This document shows positions 19,138-28,532 of a DNA stretch of 64,000 nucleotides, piece after piece. Source of the stretch: a virus; the IMG/VR virus record IMGVR_UViG_3300009166_000001, positions 31,064 through 95,063 of that record; one strand, written 5' to 3'. The first letter of the stretch is position 1. Each line of letters opens with the position of its first letter. The position numbers and the translations under genes were made by a program. The notes beneath the pieces were generated by a model. That model did not search any database, had not been told where the DNA came from, and saw only the letters and a list, made by a program, of their open reading frames with translations.

Positions 19138-20060
19138 CTGCGATCCGTGATGTCCAGCGTGAACTTCTGGCTCGGGTCCGTACAACTCGGATTCGAGCAC
19201 TGCGCCCCCACGGTCAGATCAATGTCCCCTTCGACCCGCACGAACTCGTTGCGGAGCGCATTGCGGTCTGCCTGCGACATCAGCTTCACCGCACGGAACA
19301 GCGTCACCAGGGACTTGTCCTGCCGGATCTTCCCGTCGTTCGTGAAGTGCTCATCGGACAGACCCATCGGCGTCCCATCAATGGCCGTGATCCTGCCCAT
19401 GATTCTCCACGTCAAGGCATCCTTGTCCCCGACCTGCGCCGACACCGCCGCCACTCTGGCTTCCCTCTCCCCGTCGTAGGAGTGCCACCGCACCAGCACG
19501 TCCTTCCCCGCCTTCGCACTGGCCCGCGGCAACCGGAACTCCCACTCCACCTTCTCCGGCTGTAGCGGACGGACGAAGGTGATCGTGGACAGGTCCGGGC
19601 TCGCCTTGTACGTCGTCTTGCACGCCGCGCACTTCACTTCCATCCCGTGAATGTCGTCACCGTGAGTCACGCGACGGACACAGATCAGGACCGCCGCTCG
19701 ATCCAGGACGGACAGCTTCGGTACGATGCTCTTGATCGCTACCTCGTCCACGATGGATCCGATGCCCTGGATCTTCCTGGACAGGATCTTGTTCAGCCTC
19801 AGTGGGTAGGACGACGTGTCGCTCACCAGCACGTCCTCGTCCTCGCCGTCCAGTTCGCACACCGTCACGTCCCGGTGAAGCGTGCTGCCATCCCAGAACC
19901 CTCCCGGCAGCTTGGCGATCATGACGCTCGACTTCGCATCGACCGTCCGGGGGATCTTGTGATGGCGCTCGAACAGTGCCTCCATCGATCCCGGCTCCGA
20001 CAGGCCAGGAATTCCGTCCACGACTTCGGAAGTGATTTCGAGGCTAGTTGCGTCCGACAT
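19104..20060 (-). CDS. Tail assembly chaperone (gpG-like / T4 gp26-gp51-like, CxxC)
   Basis: 318 aa; ELDGEDEDVL, LSVLDRAAVLICVRRVTHG, KCAAC, ends in FF as typical of this family; upstream of tape measure. Confidence 0.8.
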   Translation of the reverse strand: MSDATSLEITSEVVDGIPGLSEPGSMEALFERHHKIPRTVDAKSSVMIAKLPGGFWDGSTLHRDVTVCELDGEDEDVLVSDTSSYPLRLNKILSRKIQGIGSIVDEVAIKSIVPKLSVLDRAAVLICVRRVTHGDDIHGMEVKCAACKTTYKASPDLSTITFVRPLQPEKVEWEFRLPRASAKAGKDVLVRWHSYDGEREARVAAVSAQVGDKDALTWRIMGRITAIDGTPMGLSDEHFTNDGKIRQDKSLVTLFRAVKLMSQADRNALRNEFVRVEGDIDLTVGAQCSNPSCTDPSQKFTLDITDRSFFFPREGQSG

Positions 20061-20457
20061 CTTCTACGACCTCCATGTGTGCTGTGATCAGTTCACGCAC
20101 GGCTCGGCTGACAGTGGTTCCTCGATACCTGCATACCGCCTGGAACCTAGCGTGCAGGCTTCCGTCGATCTCGATGTTCAATCTCGCCGCCTTGATCGGC
20201 TTCAGCATCCCCGGTAGCCCTTCCCGAAACTTCGCGTCTTTCCCTGCTCGGAGGTTGCACCGGGCGCACAGCGCCACACCGCTCGACAAGTCCAGCGTGC
20301 CATCCTTGCTCACGATGCCTCGCCCGTCGAACAGGTACGCCACCAGTTCATCCTTTGAGTCGCAGCAGACACACTTCTCGTCCCTCGCCTTCACGGCCAG
20401 GGACCAGATGACTTCCGGGGCTGGGAGATTGACTATCTTCGGTTCGGGGTCCGACAT
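20044..20457 (-). CDS. Degenerate HNH zinc domain fused to a ParG-like ribbon-helix-helix
   Basis: Start moved to ATG 20457; RDEKCVCC...GVALCARCN HNH scaffold without histidines; RLNIEIDGSLHARFQAVCRYRGTTVSRAVRELI matches the ParG RHH pattern. Confidence 0.7.
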   Translation of the reverse strand: MSDPEPKIVNLPAPEVIWSLAVKARDEKCVCCDSKDELVAYLFDGRGIVSKDGTLDLSSGVALCARCNLRAGKDAKFREGLPGMLKPIKAARLNIEIDGSLHARFQAVCRYRGTTVSRAVRELITAHMEVVEDVGRN

Positions 20458-20464
20458 ACGCGCA

Positions 20465-20493
20465 AAGTTACCCCTCCGCGCATACCCTGTCAA
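20465..20493 (-). promoter_or_regulatory. Sigma70-type promoter, probably leaderless transcript
   Basis: TTGACA-17bp-TAACTT, ATG 7 nt downstream, no SD. Confidence 0.7.
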
Positions 20494-20507
20494 CCGTGCA
20501 ATTCGCG

Positions 20508-20906
20508 CTATTCGTGGATCTTGAACTCGGCCTTGTCGATGAGTGGGATCCTGTTGTCCAGCGCATCCTCGTACCACAGGTCGTACCAGTACAGGTCCGG
20601 GTCGATGGCTTCCGTCAGGATCCCCACCAGAAGCAACTGGATCTGTCCGTCCGCTGGAGTCGTAATGTTCAGGTAGGGTCCCGCACTGTCCAGGCTCACA
20701 ATGGGGTCTACGTAGCGGATATCGTCCTCTACGATTCTTCGGCTCTTGTACGCCTTGAAGAACACCGTCAGGCCCGTCAAGTTCACCGACGAACCGTCCT
20801 GGTTCTGTGCCACGATCTCGAACTCGTTCATGACGCCCCTCGTGACCGACAAGGCGTTCCTCTTGAAGCCAACCATAGGAGCATGAGGCAGCGACACCAA
20901 CGCCAT
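20508..20906 (-). CDS. BppU N-terminal-like virion protein
   Basis: VTRG...NQDGSSVNLTGLTVFF...DGQIQLLL...YWYDLW pattern; start moved to ATG 20906. Confidence 0.6.
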   Translation of the reverse strand: MALVSLPHAPMVGFKRNALSVTRGVMNEFEIVAQNQDGSSVNLTGLTVFFKAYKSRRIVEDDIRYVDPIVSLDSAGPYLNITTPADGQIQLLLVGILTEAIDPDLYWYDLWYEDALDNRIPLIDKAEFKIHE

Positions 20907-20938
20907 TGGACCCACCTTCTCCGCTGATGCCAGCCGTC

Positions 20939-21178
20939 TCACGGAATGAAGTACGTCATCGCGTTCCAGACCGACCACACGAACGCTACCGCACTCAGGA
21001 TGGCAACGATGAACCAGATCCGGAAGTCGTATCGTTGCTTCTTCGTGAGCATCTTGATGTACTGCTCCTCAGAACAATCCATCGGCGGATACACGATCTT
21101 GGACGGCTCCGGCCCGCTGTAGTCCGGGAGACCCGGCGTCAGCCCGATCCTGTCCCTCAGTTCGGCATGGGTCATCAT
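20939..21178 (-). CDS. Small membrane protein (holin/antiholin candidate)
   Basis: 79 aa with one C-terminal TM segment; GGAGGTG RBS. Confidence 0.55.
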   Translation of the reverse strand: MMTHAELRDRIGLTPGLPDYSGPEPSKIVYPPMDCSEEQYIKMLTKKQRYDFRIWFIVAILSAVAFVWSVWNAMTYFIP

Positions 21179-21432
21179 TCACCTCCGATCTGACGATACA
21201 TTCCCGCGCCTGCCCGTGGACCCATCGGTCCCCACCGGATAAGGCGATCACGAATCGTCTCTCCGGTTCCAGCGTGCAGAACATGCTCGTGGACGTAGTG
21301 CTTCGTCATTGACTCCGACATTTCCTTCTTCAAGAACCTATAAGCCGCAAACACCGATCCGACTATAGTAAGAAATAGGAATATTGCACTCACGATTATT
21401 GTGAGAACACCCCTAAGATCATCTGCGCTCAT
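21175..21432 (-). CDS. Small membrane protein (holin candidate)
   Basis: 85 aa with N-terminal TM segment; AT-richer than neighbours. Confidence 0.55.
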   Translation of the reverse strand: MSADDLRGVLTIIVSAIFLFLTIVGSVFAAYRFLKKEMSESMTKHYVHEHVLHAGTGETIRDRLIRWGPMGPRAGAGMYRQIGGE

Positions 21433-22255
21433 GCTCTCCTCCGGCCCCTCGCATTACCTCGTAGCCTACTTCCCCCCACGTCATTCCGGGGCACTTCGAG
21501 CATAGAACTCCAAGATTGATCAGCCCTCCCGCTTCTACCGCTGTCAGCGGCTCCTTGACTGCTCCCCGGTACGCCTCGAACTTCATCGGCGTCACCAGCA
21601 GCTTCCTGTCTATAGTCTCTTGCATCGCGCCCCACAGCCTCATGCCCTTCGGCGTGTCCAGCAGTCCGGACAAGCCGTTCACCTTCAGGTAGCTCGCGCA
21701 CGCGCCCGTAGGCGCGGGCGTGGCCAGGACTGGCTTTATCTCCTCGAACTTCGCCAGGGCATCCTTGACCGATCCGAACTCCTCGTAGACCTCGAACTCC
21801 TCATCCCACTTCCCCCGCTCGACAGCAAACGTCCTGTGAACCCTTGGCGTCCCCTCGATCATCTGGTTCGTCACGATGGTCCTGGAAACAGCCCCCATGC
21901 TCTCCAGGACGCTCGCCTTCCCCGCTGCCCGTGCCACCTCGTCCAGTGCCACGTCGAAGTAGTCCCGCGGCCACTCCACCACCGCAGAGAACACCTCGTC
22001 CGTCACCCGTACTCCGACTGCCCGTGGATTGTAGGCGCTACGCTTCATCCAGACCCGCGTGAAGCCTTCATCCGGCAGAGGCAGCACCACTGGCGTCCCC
22101 GTCTCCCGGTGCTCCCTGGTAGTCACGACAGCCACGTCCACAAGCTCTACCTTCTCGCGGTGCAAGTGTCCCACGAACAGGCTCCCCGCCATGTGAGGAC
22201 TACACGCAGGATCCGGTTCCTGGTTCAGATGCTCTATGAGTGCCTGTCCGATCAT
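21419..22255 (-). CDS. Hypothetical protein
   Basis: About 278 aa ORF tiling the operon with phage-like codon use. Confidence 0.65.
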   Translation of the reverse strand: MIGQALIEHLNQEPDPACSPHMAGSLFVGHLHREKVELVDVAVVTTREHRETGTPVVLPLPDEGFTRVWMKRSAYNPRAVGVRVTDEVFSAVVEWPRDYFDVALDEVARAAGKASVLESMGAVSRTIVTNQMIEGTPRVHRTFAVERGKWDEEFEVYEEFGSVKDALAKFEEIKPVLATPAPTGACASYLKVNGLSGLLDTPKGMRLWGAMQETIDRKLLVTPMKFEAYRGAVKEPLTAVEAGGLINLGVLCSKCPGMTWGEVGYEVMRGAGGEHERR

Positions 22256-22256
22256 G

Positions 22257-22270
22257 TGCAATTGATTTCA
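22257..22270. repeat. Dispersed 14-bp motif, copy 4 (variant TGCAATTGATTTCA)
   Basis: One mismatch; intergenic, 1 bp before ATG 22255. Confidence 0.8.
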
Positions 22271-22289
22271 CCACATCCCATCCACCAGT

Positions 22290-22973
22290 TCAAGTGGCAA
22301 CCGATAGCTCCTCGATTCGATGCGGCTGGACCGCCAACTCCGCTATCGACACATCCCCACTCATGGCGTCGAAGTCCGACGCAGCCTTCCAGCGTGTCGG
22401 CAAGCATTTCCGAAGGATCCACGCCTTCGCAGGGAACCTCGGAGCATGATCTACAGGTGGAGCATACCCCGATGCCTGAAGCGCCATCCCTGCCCCCTGT
22501 GCCCCAAAAACTTGCACTCCCCCCACCGGCGATGCCTTCATGATCTTCACCATCATCGCCCCCTGGATCCCCGCCAGACCCAGGAGATTCAGCGTTCCAG
22601 CCACTCCACCGCCTCTCGCCTGCTCCGCTATCGTGATCGGGGAGATTGCGAAGTAGTGGACCAGCATGAGATCCCGCTTCACGACCCCCTGGCCCTGGAT
22701 CGCCTTGATCGCCCACTTGTAGAAGTCGGAGTCGTAGAACTGAACCCCACGCCCCAAGGTCATCTCACCTACCGTGGCCTTCCGGATGTGGTGCTGCGGG
22801 TAGAACCAGTTCCCTTCGTTCACTTCCTGTGTCTCTATCGTGATCTCCGGTGGACTACAGGACTGGAAGCCCAGCAGCGGCGTGAACGCCATTCCTCCGA
22901 AGGTAGACCAGGAAAGATCGACTATCCAGAACGGGTAGACCTGAAGATAATCGAGTACGCGGGGACGAGCCAC
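22290..22973 (-). CDS. Second tail tube paralogue (gp19 family)
   Basis: GFQSCSPPEITIETQEVNEGN...MTLGRGV...FYKW...WILRKCLPTRWKAASDFDAMSGDVSIAEL. Confidence 0.85.
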   Translation of the reverse strand: MARPRVLDYLQVYPFWIVDLSWSTFGGMAFTPLLGFQSCSPPEITIETQEVNEGNWFYPQHHIRKATVGEMTLGRGVQFYDSDFYKWAIKAIQGQGVVKRDLMLVHYFAISPITIAEQARGGGVAGTLNLLGLAGIQGAMMVKIMKASPVGGVQVFGAQGAGMALQASGYAPPVDHAPRFPAKAWILRKCLPTRWKAASDFDAMSGDVSIAELAVQPHRIEELSVAT

Positions 22974-22988
22974 ACCGGACCCCTCCTA

Positions 22989-23537
22989 CTAGAGCGACAG
23001 GTACGCAGTCGGCTGCCAGCCCACCGGGTATGCCACGGACGGCTCGACGATCTTGAACCGCTCGATGGAGATTTCCACCTCCGCGAGAGAGATGTCGGAG
23101 GATGTCGCGTCCATGTCTCCCGCTGGCTTCATCCGGATCGGCTGCGCCTCCTCGCACACGTACTGGCGAGCGTAGTTGAGATCCGCCCTGTTGGCGCTCT
23201 CGTCCGGTTCCTTGCCGACCCTGTGGTAGTGGTAGATCGTCAGGGTGCCCTTGTACTCGCCGCCCTCGATGTTGAAGATCATCCACTCGTAGAACCTGGA
23301 CTGCTTCGGCGTGACGCCTCTCGTCAGGGTGACGCTGCTCACCGTGGCGATTCCCGGCTGCTTGCGGGTGTACGTCATGATGCCTTCGCGGTACTCGGCG
23401 TCGTCCGTGGAAAGCTCCGGCAGTGAACAGGTGTTGAAGCCTGCCTCGATGCTGCTCAGGTAGTCGATGCCACCCGGACCCACGACCGAAGCATGGAACC
23501 TGAAGTTCTGGAAGTAGTCCGTGTTTGCGCTTCTCAT
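22989..23537 (-). CDS. Major tail tube protein (gp19 family)
   Basis: DYFQNFRF...AGFNTCSLPELS...EYREG...KQPG...VTLTRGV...DATSSDISLAEVEI. Confidence 0.92.
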   Translation of the reverse strand: MRSANTDYFQNFRFHASVVGPGGIDYLSSIEAGFNTCSLPELSTDDAEYREGIMTYTRKQPGIATVSSVTLTRGVTPKQSRFYEWMIFNIEGGEYKGTLTIYHYHRVGKEPDESANRADLNYARQYVCEEAQPIRMKPAGDMDATSSDISLAEVEISIERFKIVEPSVAYPVGWQPTAYLSL

Positions 23538-23552
23538 GGCTCTCTCCTCCTA

Positions 23553-26141
23553 TCAGGCAACTGCCGTAAGCTGCTGATACCTGAACAGGATGAACTCTCC
23601 CGGCGTTGTCGGGGCCAGATACACGTCGCAGATCACGATGCCCTGCTCCGCGATGGCTGGCGTGTTGTTCGAGGTGTCGCAGACGACCTTGTAGGCCAGC
23701 GACGGGATTCCGGTCGGGAAGTAGCCCAAGCTCAGGAGTCCCGACAAGAACCCTTCCACGAGGTTCTTGATCCTGTCGTACATGCCCGTCGAGATCGTCT
23801 CGAACACGAAGCCCCACGTGCTCTTGTAGACCGACTTCTCCACGAACATGAAGAACCGACGCCTCTGGATCAGGTAGAAGTCGTCCCTGCTCAGGGTCCT
23901 GGCTCCCCAGATGACCCTCCCCGTCTCGGCCGACTCGTACAGGCAGTTGACTCCCACCTTGTTCAAGATGCCGATCTCTTCCAGGCTCAGGTTCCGCTCC
24001 AGGCCCACCACGAGATTCAGCGCACCGTCCTCCACACCGGCGGGGGCCTTGCTCACCGTCTTGTCGTTGTCCGTCCTCGCGTATGCGCCCGCGATCCACC
24101 CGCACGGAGCCATCGACACCTGGAGATCCGTCTTCGGGTCGATGATGTTCACGAAGGGGTAGTACAGGGCGCAGAACGAGGAGTAGGACGCCAGCGTGAG
24201 CTTCTTGTAGTCCTTCGCCTGTGTCGGCGTTGCCCCCTGCGGGACGCTCGCCACGATGAACTTGTCCAGCTTCCTCTCTGCCCACGCGATCAGGTCCAGC
24301 GTGACAGTTGCGTCCGTGGCGAAGTCCGGGATCGCCACCGTCATCATCTCGTCCGGGACGTTCAGGGCGTAGACTCCCCGGTTCGTCGCTTCCAGGGCCG
24401 GGCTCGACACCTGAAGCCTCGTGATCGGGAGCACTCCGTCCGTCCCGCCTGTCGGCGCGTCCGTGCAGAAGTCCCCACACGATGCCGTCGTGTAGTACCT
24501 CGCCCGCAGGAATCCATCCTGGTTCGGGAGACCCGCCGGGATCGGCTGCGTCGGAATCGCACTGGTCGTGAACTCCAGTGCGCCCGTGGTGTAGTCCACC
24601 GTGTTCGTCCCGGCCGGGTTCACGTCTCCGGTCAGGTTCCCCTCGCCATCGTCCGTGATCGTGAACAGCGTTCCAGCCGCATCGTAGTACCGGATCGTCA
24701 GGGTCCGGGGGATGATCGGGCTGCTCACCTGCGCCGCGTTCGCACCCTCGAACACGGTCATCACACCGTTGCCACCCGCTATCGCCTCGCCCCACACGTT
24801 GTTGTAGCTCTTGCGGAGCCTACCGTTGACGCCCCCCGTGAACGTGTCCTGCGCCGCCGTCGCGTTCATCACGATCAGGTCGGAGCCCTTGAAGGCGTCG
24901 TTGATGACCGACACGATGTAGTTCGCGCTCGTGGGGTCCGTCAGATCCAGTTCCGTGAAGGTCTCCTTCAGAGTCAGGACGCCCTCTATCGGGTCGTCGT
25001 ACCAGACCTCGATGTCCACCCTGCTGTACTGGCCCGTCGATGCCGTGTAGAACTCCTCGCTGCCGTAGACCCGGATCTCCAGATCGTTGCCCCATGCCCC
25101 CCTGGAGGTGGCACAGAACCCGAAGTCGTCCTGGATGTAGTCCGCGAGCACCTGCGAGCCTGCCATGACCGGAGCCGGTGCGGCTCCCGTCCCGAAGTGG
25201 AACGTGAAGGCTCCCGCCACGCCTGCCAGACCAGTGCCGTCGTAGTCGATCCACCTCGGCTGCGCCGGATCGATGGCTCCTACCAGAACACCAGCTAGGT
25301 CCGTCACGGTCCTCTCGGTCCCGTAGTTGAACGGGTTGGGGTTCGTGATCGAGTTGCCTGCTCCGATGTTCGTCGGCACCGTGAACAGCGCCATGTCGAT
25401 GACCACGATCCCTGTCTGGCAGTCGATGTAGCCTACCGTGGCGAACGGCGCTACCGACTCCCGCAGCGCGATGATGTCGTTGGCCGGTGCGGTAGCCAAC
25501 ATGTCTACCGTCCTCGCCACCGCTCCACCGTCGAGCCACGTGAACGCCCCCACGAGCAGTGCCAGCGGACGCTCTATCGGACGGATCGGATTCCCACCCG
25601 CGTCCTGGATCTGGAAGACCACCCTCGTCTCCGGTGCCGCACCTGCCGTGTAGTGAGTGATTCCACCCGCGAGAATCGTCTGCTCCCACCACCGGAATCT
25701 CACGGTGCCCGCCGTGAGAGGAGCCGGTGCATCGACCGGCACGTTGATCAGGTCGTTGGCGTTCGGTCCCGGCAGTCCAGAACTGGCGCTCCGGCAGAGA
25801 AGCGTACCGCTCGCTATGTCGGCATCCACCTCTTCGTCGAGCACGTTGTTCTCGATGAACCCGCAGGCTGCCACCGCGTCCGGACGGCACACCCTCACCA
25901 CGTATGCCTGACGCCCCTCCTGTGCGAAGAAGGCGTACACCTGCATCGCCAGCGTGCTGTCCGTGATGAAGTCACCGAACTGCTCCTGGAACTGCGTGAA
26001 CGACGTGATCAGGGTCGCCTCGTCCTCAGGTCCACGCTCGGCCGCTCCCACAACCCCGAAGTTGCTGGTGCTGACACCCTGGATCGGAGCAATCCTGCGG
26101 CGCTCCTCGTTGTAGATGCCCGGATACGAGAACTGCGGCAT
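23553..26141 (-). CDS. Contractile tail sheath protein
   Basis: YPGIYNEE...IQGVSTS...AERGP; C-terminal GVNCL...IWGARTL...RRFFMFVEKS...PGEFILFR. Confidence 0.95.
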   Translation of the reverse strand: MPQFSYPGIYNEERRRIAPIQGVSTSNFGVVGAAERGPEDEATLITSFTQFQEQFGDFITDSTLAMQVYAFFAQEGRQAYVVRVCRPDAVAACGFIENNVLDEEVDADIASGTLLCRSASSGLPGPNANDLINVPVDAPAPLTAGTVRFRWWEQTILAGGITHYTAGAAPETRVVFQIQDAGGNPIRPIERPLALLVGAFTWLDGGAVARTVDMLATAPANDIIALRESVAPFATVGYIDCQTGIVVIDMALFTVPTNIGAGNSITNPNPFNYGTERTVTDLAGVLVGAIDPAQPRWIDYDGTGLAGVAGAFTFHFGTGAAPAPVMAGSQVLADYIQDDFGFCATSRGAWGNDLEIRVYGSEEFYTASTGQYSRVDIEVWYDDPIEGVLTLKETFTELDLTDPTSANYIVSVINDAFKGSDLIVMNATAAQDTFTGGVNGRLRKSYNNVWGEAIAGGNGVMTVFEGANAAQVSSPIIPRTLTIRYYDAAGTLFTITDDGEGNLTGDVNPAGTNTVDYTTGALEFTTSAIPTQPIPAGLPNQDGFLRARYYTTASCGDFCTDAPTGGTDGVLPITRLQVSSPALEATNRGVYALNVPDEMMTVAIPDFATDATVTLDLIAWAERKLDKFIVASVPQGATPTQAKDYKKLTLASYSSFCALYYPFVNIIDPKTDLQVSMAPCGWIAGAYARTDNDKTVSKAPAGVEDGALNLVVGLERNLSLEEIGILNKVGVNCLYESAETGRVIWGARTLSRDDFYLIQRRRFFMFVEKSVYKSTWGFVFETISTGMYDRIKNLVEGFLSGLLSLGYFPTGIPSLAYKVVCDTSNNTPAIAEQGIVICDVYLAPTTPGEFILFRYQQLTAVA

Positions 26142-26170
26142 GGTGGCCTCCTCGCCTATCTGTCAGAGCC

Positions 26171-26590
26171 CTAGTCGCCTTCGGGCTTACGCTCCCTGCG
26201 CTCCCTGTCCTTCCGATCCCGCCTCGACTCCGACTTCGACTGCTCACCATGCGTCTCGTCTGCGAATTCCTTGATCGCCTTCTCGAAAGGCAACGGATCT
26301 CTCGACTGCCCCTCACGCGGGGCATCTTCCTTCGCCTTCTCTACTTCGACCGTCTGCGCCTCGATGACCTTCGTCCTCTCGGCCGCTACCACCGGCGCTA
26401 CCCCGAACTTCGCCGCAATCTCGGCCGGTGGGTTCTTGCGCTTGAACAGGTGCCTCGAATGGGCCGGAAACGCCATCCCCTCCGGAGCCAGGAAGTACGA
26501 GTGCGGCGTCACCAGAGACGGCTGGCCATCCAGGATCAGGCTCTCTACCCGATTCCCCACGAAGTACCAGAACACGTTCGTCCCTGCCAT
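26171..26590 (-). CDS. Hypothetical protein
   Basis: Start moved to ATG 26590; charged low-complexity C-terminus. Confidence 0.6.
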   Translation of the reverse strand: MAGTNVFWYFVGNRVESLILDGQPSLVTPHSYFLAPEGMAFPAHSRHLFKRKNPPAEIAAKFGVAPVVAAERTKVIEAQTVEVEKAKEDAPREGQSRDPLPFEKAIKEFADETHGEQSKSESRRDRKDRERRERKPEGD

Positions 26591-26594
26591 GGCC

Positions 26595-27320
26595 CTATCC
26601 TTCCATCGGATGTGTCGTTGTCCTGACACTCCGAACGACTTTACCGACTGTCGGCTCTTCGATGTCGATCTCGGCCTGGACCCGGTACGAGAAATCGTAC
26701 CCGCGCACCACGTCGTTCACGTCGATGTAGTCCCCGATATCCGTGATCGATTCCCGGAAGATGTCGTAGTTTCTCGGATCGTTCGCTGTGTCCCATACCG
26801 TGATGTACGAGTAGAGATCCTGCGACCTCATGTGGGTAGTCACCCATCGGAACATGCGAAGCAGATCCATCTCCACGCGGGACCGAATCTGGACGCCATA
26901 CGTGATGTTCACCGGCCACGACGCTTCCTTCGTCTCCATCGGGTCGTAGCCGTCCAGGGCGCTCCCATCCGGCTTCACGATCCGCAGTCGTGACGCTCCG
27001 AATGCGGGGACGTAGTGCGCCTGCGTCTTGGGACGCACACGCGCCATGTCGTCCTCGATTCCGGTCCTGGCGATTACGATGGCTGGAAGAAGGTTCGGAT
27101 GCAGAATCTCACGGCCCTTGCCGAAGAAGATCGGGATCCTGCCGTGGTAGACCGTGGGCTCGGGACCGCAGACTCCCGGAATGACGGTAGAGTAGTATTG
27201 CGCCTCTTCGCCAGCGATGACGAACGAGTCCTTGACTCCACCCAGCGCCCGCATGACTCCCTCATCGTAGTTCTCGATGTAGATGGGCGCTACCGGGATC
27301 CTGACAGCATCCGACCGCAT
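26595..27320 (-). CDS. Tail terminator / sheath cap (gp15 / Pvc16-like)
   Basis: LPAIVIARTGIEDDMAR...WPVNITYGVQIRSR...SYRVQAEID; position upstream of sheath. Confidence 0.65.
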   Translation of the reverse strand: MRSDAVRIPVAPIYIENYDEGVMRALGGVKDSFVIAGEEAQYYSTVIPGVCGPEPTVYHGRIPIFFGKGREILHPNLLPAIVIARTGIEDDMARVRPKTQAHYVPAFGASRLRIVKPDGSALDGYDPMETKEASWPVNITYGVQIRSRVEMDLLRMFRWVTTHMRSQDLYSYITVWDTANDPRNYDIFRESITDIGDYIDVNDVVRGYDFSYRVQAEIDIEEPTVGKVVRSVRTTTHPMEG

Positions 27321-27751
27321 CAGTCGTCGTTCTCATCCTTGTCGTCCGGCTCGTCCGCGATCTCCTTGACCGTTTCCTGCATCATCTTGTCGGTCAGGCC
27401 GATCACGTGCTTGGCGAACTCGATCTTCTCGGCGGCGGCGACCCACGCCTCCACCGCTTCCTTCGCCACGCTGCCCTTCGGCAGCACCGGGAGGTGCTTC
27501 TTGTCCACCATGACCCCGGCCACGCCCATCACGATCTCGTGCGCCGTCTCGCGCTCCAGACCGTAATCCTCGATGACCTTGTTGACGATGCCGAACATGT
27601 ACTCGTCGTACTTGTTCGTCCAGCCACCCGCCGGGGGCTCTGCCTTCGCGGGTGCCTGCGGCTGCTCGACATCCTCCTCGTCTATCGCCTCCACAGCGAG
27701 CATCTGAACGAGGAACTTGTCGAACATCACCGTGACCTTGCTCTTGTCCAT
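27320..27751 (-). CDS. Hypothetical acidic protein (possible internal head protein)
   Basis: 143 aa, GGAGG RBS, TGATG-coupled to next gene. Confidence 0.65.
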   Translation of the reverse strand: MDKSKVTVMFDKFLVQMLAVEAIDEEDVEQPQAPAKAEPPAGGWTNKYDEYMFGIVNKVIEDYGLERETAHEIVMGVAGVMVDKKHLPVLPKGSVAKEAVEAWVAAAEKIEFAKHVIGLTDKMMQETVKEIADEPDDKDENDD

Positions 27752-27767
27752 CTTTCTTCCTCCAGGC

Positions 27768-28532
27768 TCAGACCTTGATCATGTCCTGAAACCGCTGAAT
27801 GGAACCGATCTCGGCTCCCGTAGCTGCCCTCTCGACTGGCATCGATGTACGAGGATTCAACAGGGCTTTCTCCATCACATCTACCACCCGCTCCCGATCC
27901 GCCAGTACATCCTTCAGTGCTGGTTGCCAGACAGGAACCCTGTTGTACCCATCCAGCCCGTACTCTGCCCGAACAGCTTCCCAGTTCGTGTCTATGTGGA
28001 TCTCGGCTTCGACTTCCGCATCTACGTCCGTATCTATACCATAGCCCCCCAACGCGGACAAGATGTTTTCCATTCTTGGCTTTTTCAAGGCCAACAGCTT
28101 CTCCATCTCGTCCTGGCGTACCCGCCGACCCACCAGTCTCGCCTGCTCCGAAGTCGGCTTCTTCGGGAGCAACTTCAAGGGCCACGGAGATTCGGACGCC
28201 AGGAGCCGAAGCCACGCCTCCTGTACCTGCGGAACCACCGTCACGGTCATCAGTTCGGCTTCTACTTCCGACACCTTGACCGTTCTCATCTCCGCAATGA
28301 CTGCGAACAGATCGGCATCACCCTGGTTCATGCTCACCAGTTGGATCCCGCTCATCATGGTCCTGAACCGCTCCCCTGCGTCCCCTAGACGTTCCTTCAC
28401 CTCGTCCCGATATCTCGTGGCCGTGTCGTAGGCTACCGCATTGGCAGCCTTCTGGGCGTTCGTTGCAATTGATTGCAACAGCTTCATGGCCCTAGCGTTG
28501 GACCGCGACGGTGTGACCCCGAACTTGATCAC
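27768..28532 (-). CDS. Putative neck/tail completion protein
   Basis: Start moved to GTG 28532 (GTGA overlap); C-terminal RAEYG...RVPVWQPAL resembles tail-completion proteins. Confidence 0.55.
   Translation of the reverse strand: MIKFGVTPSRSNARAMKLLQSIATNAQKAANAVAYDTATRYRDEVKERLGDAGERFRTMMSGIQLVSMNQGDADLFAVIAEMRTVKVSEVEAELMTVTVVPQVQEAWLRLLASESPWPLKLLPKKPTSEQARLVGRRVRQDEMEKLLALKKPRMENILSALGGYGIDTDVDAEVEAEIHIDTNWEAVRAEYGLDGYNRVPVWQPALKDVLADRERVVDVMEKALLNPRTSMPVERAATGAEIGSIQRFQDMIKV
28464..28477. repeat. Dispersed 14-bp motif, copy 5 (reverse orientation)
   Basis: Exact; inside CDS (LQSIA). Confidence 0.9.

Noticed and set aside
9075-26141. Stand-alone eCIS/tailocin locus
   Set aside because: Portal, terminase, protease and capsid genes are linked, so this is a phage.
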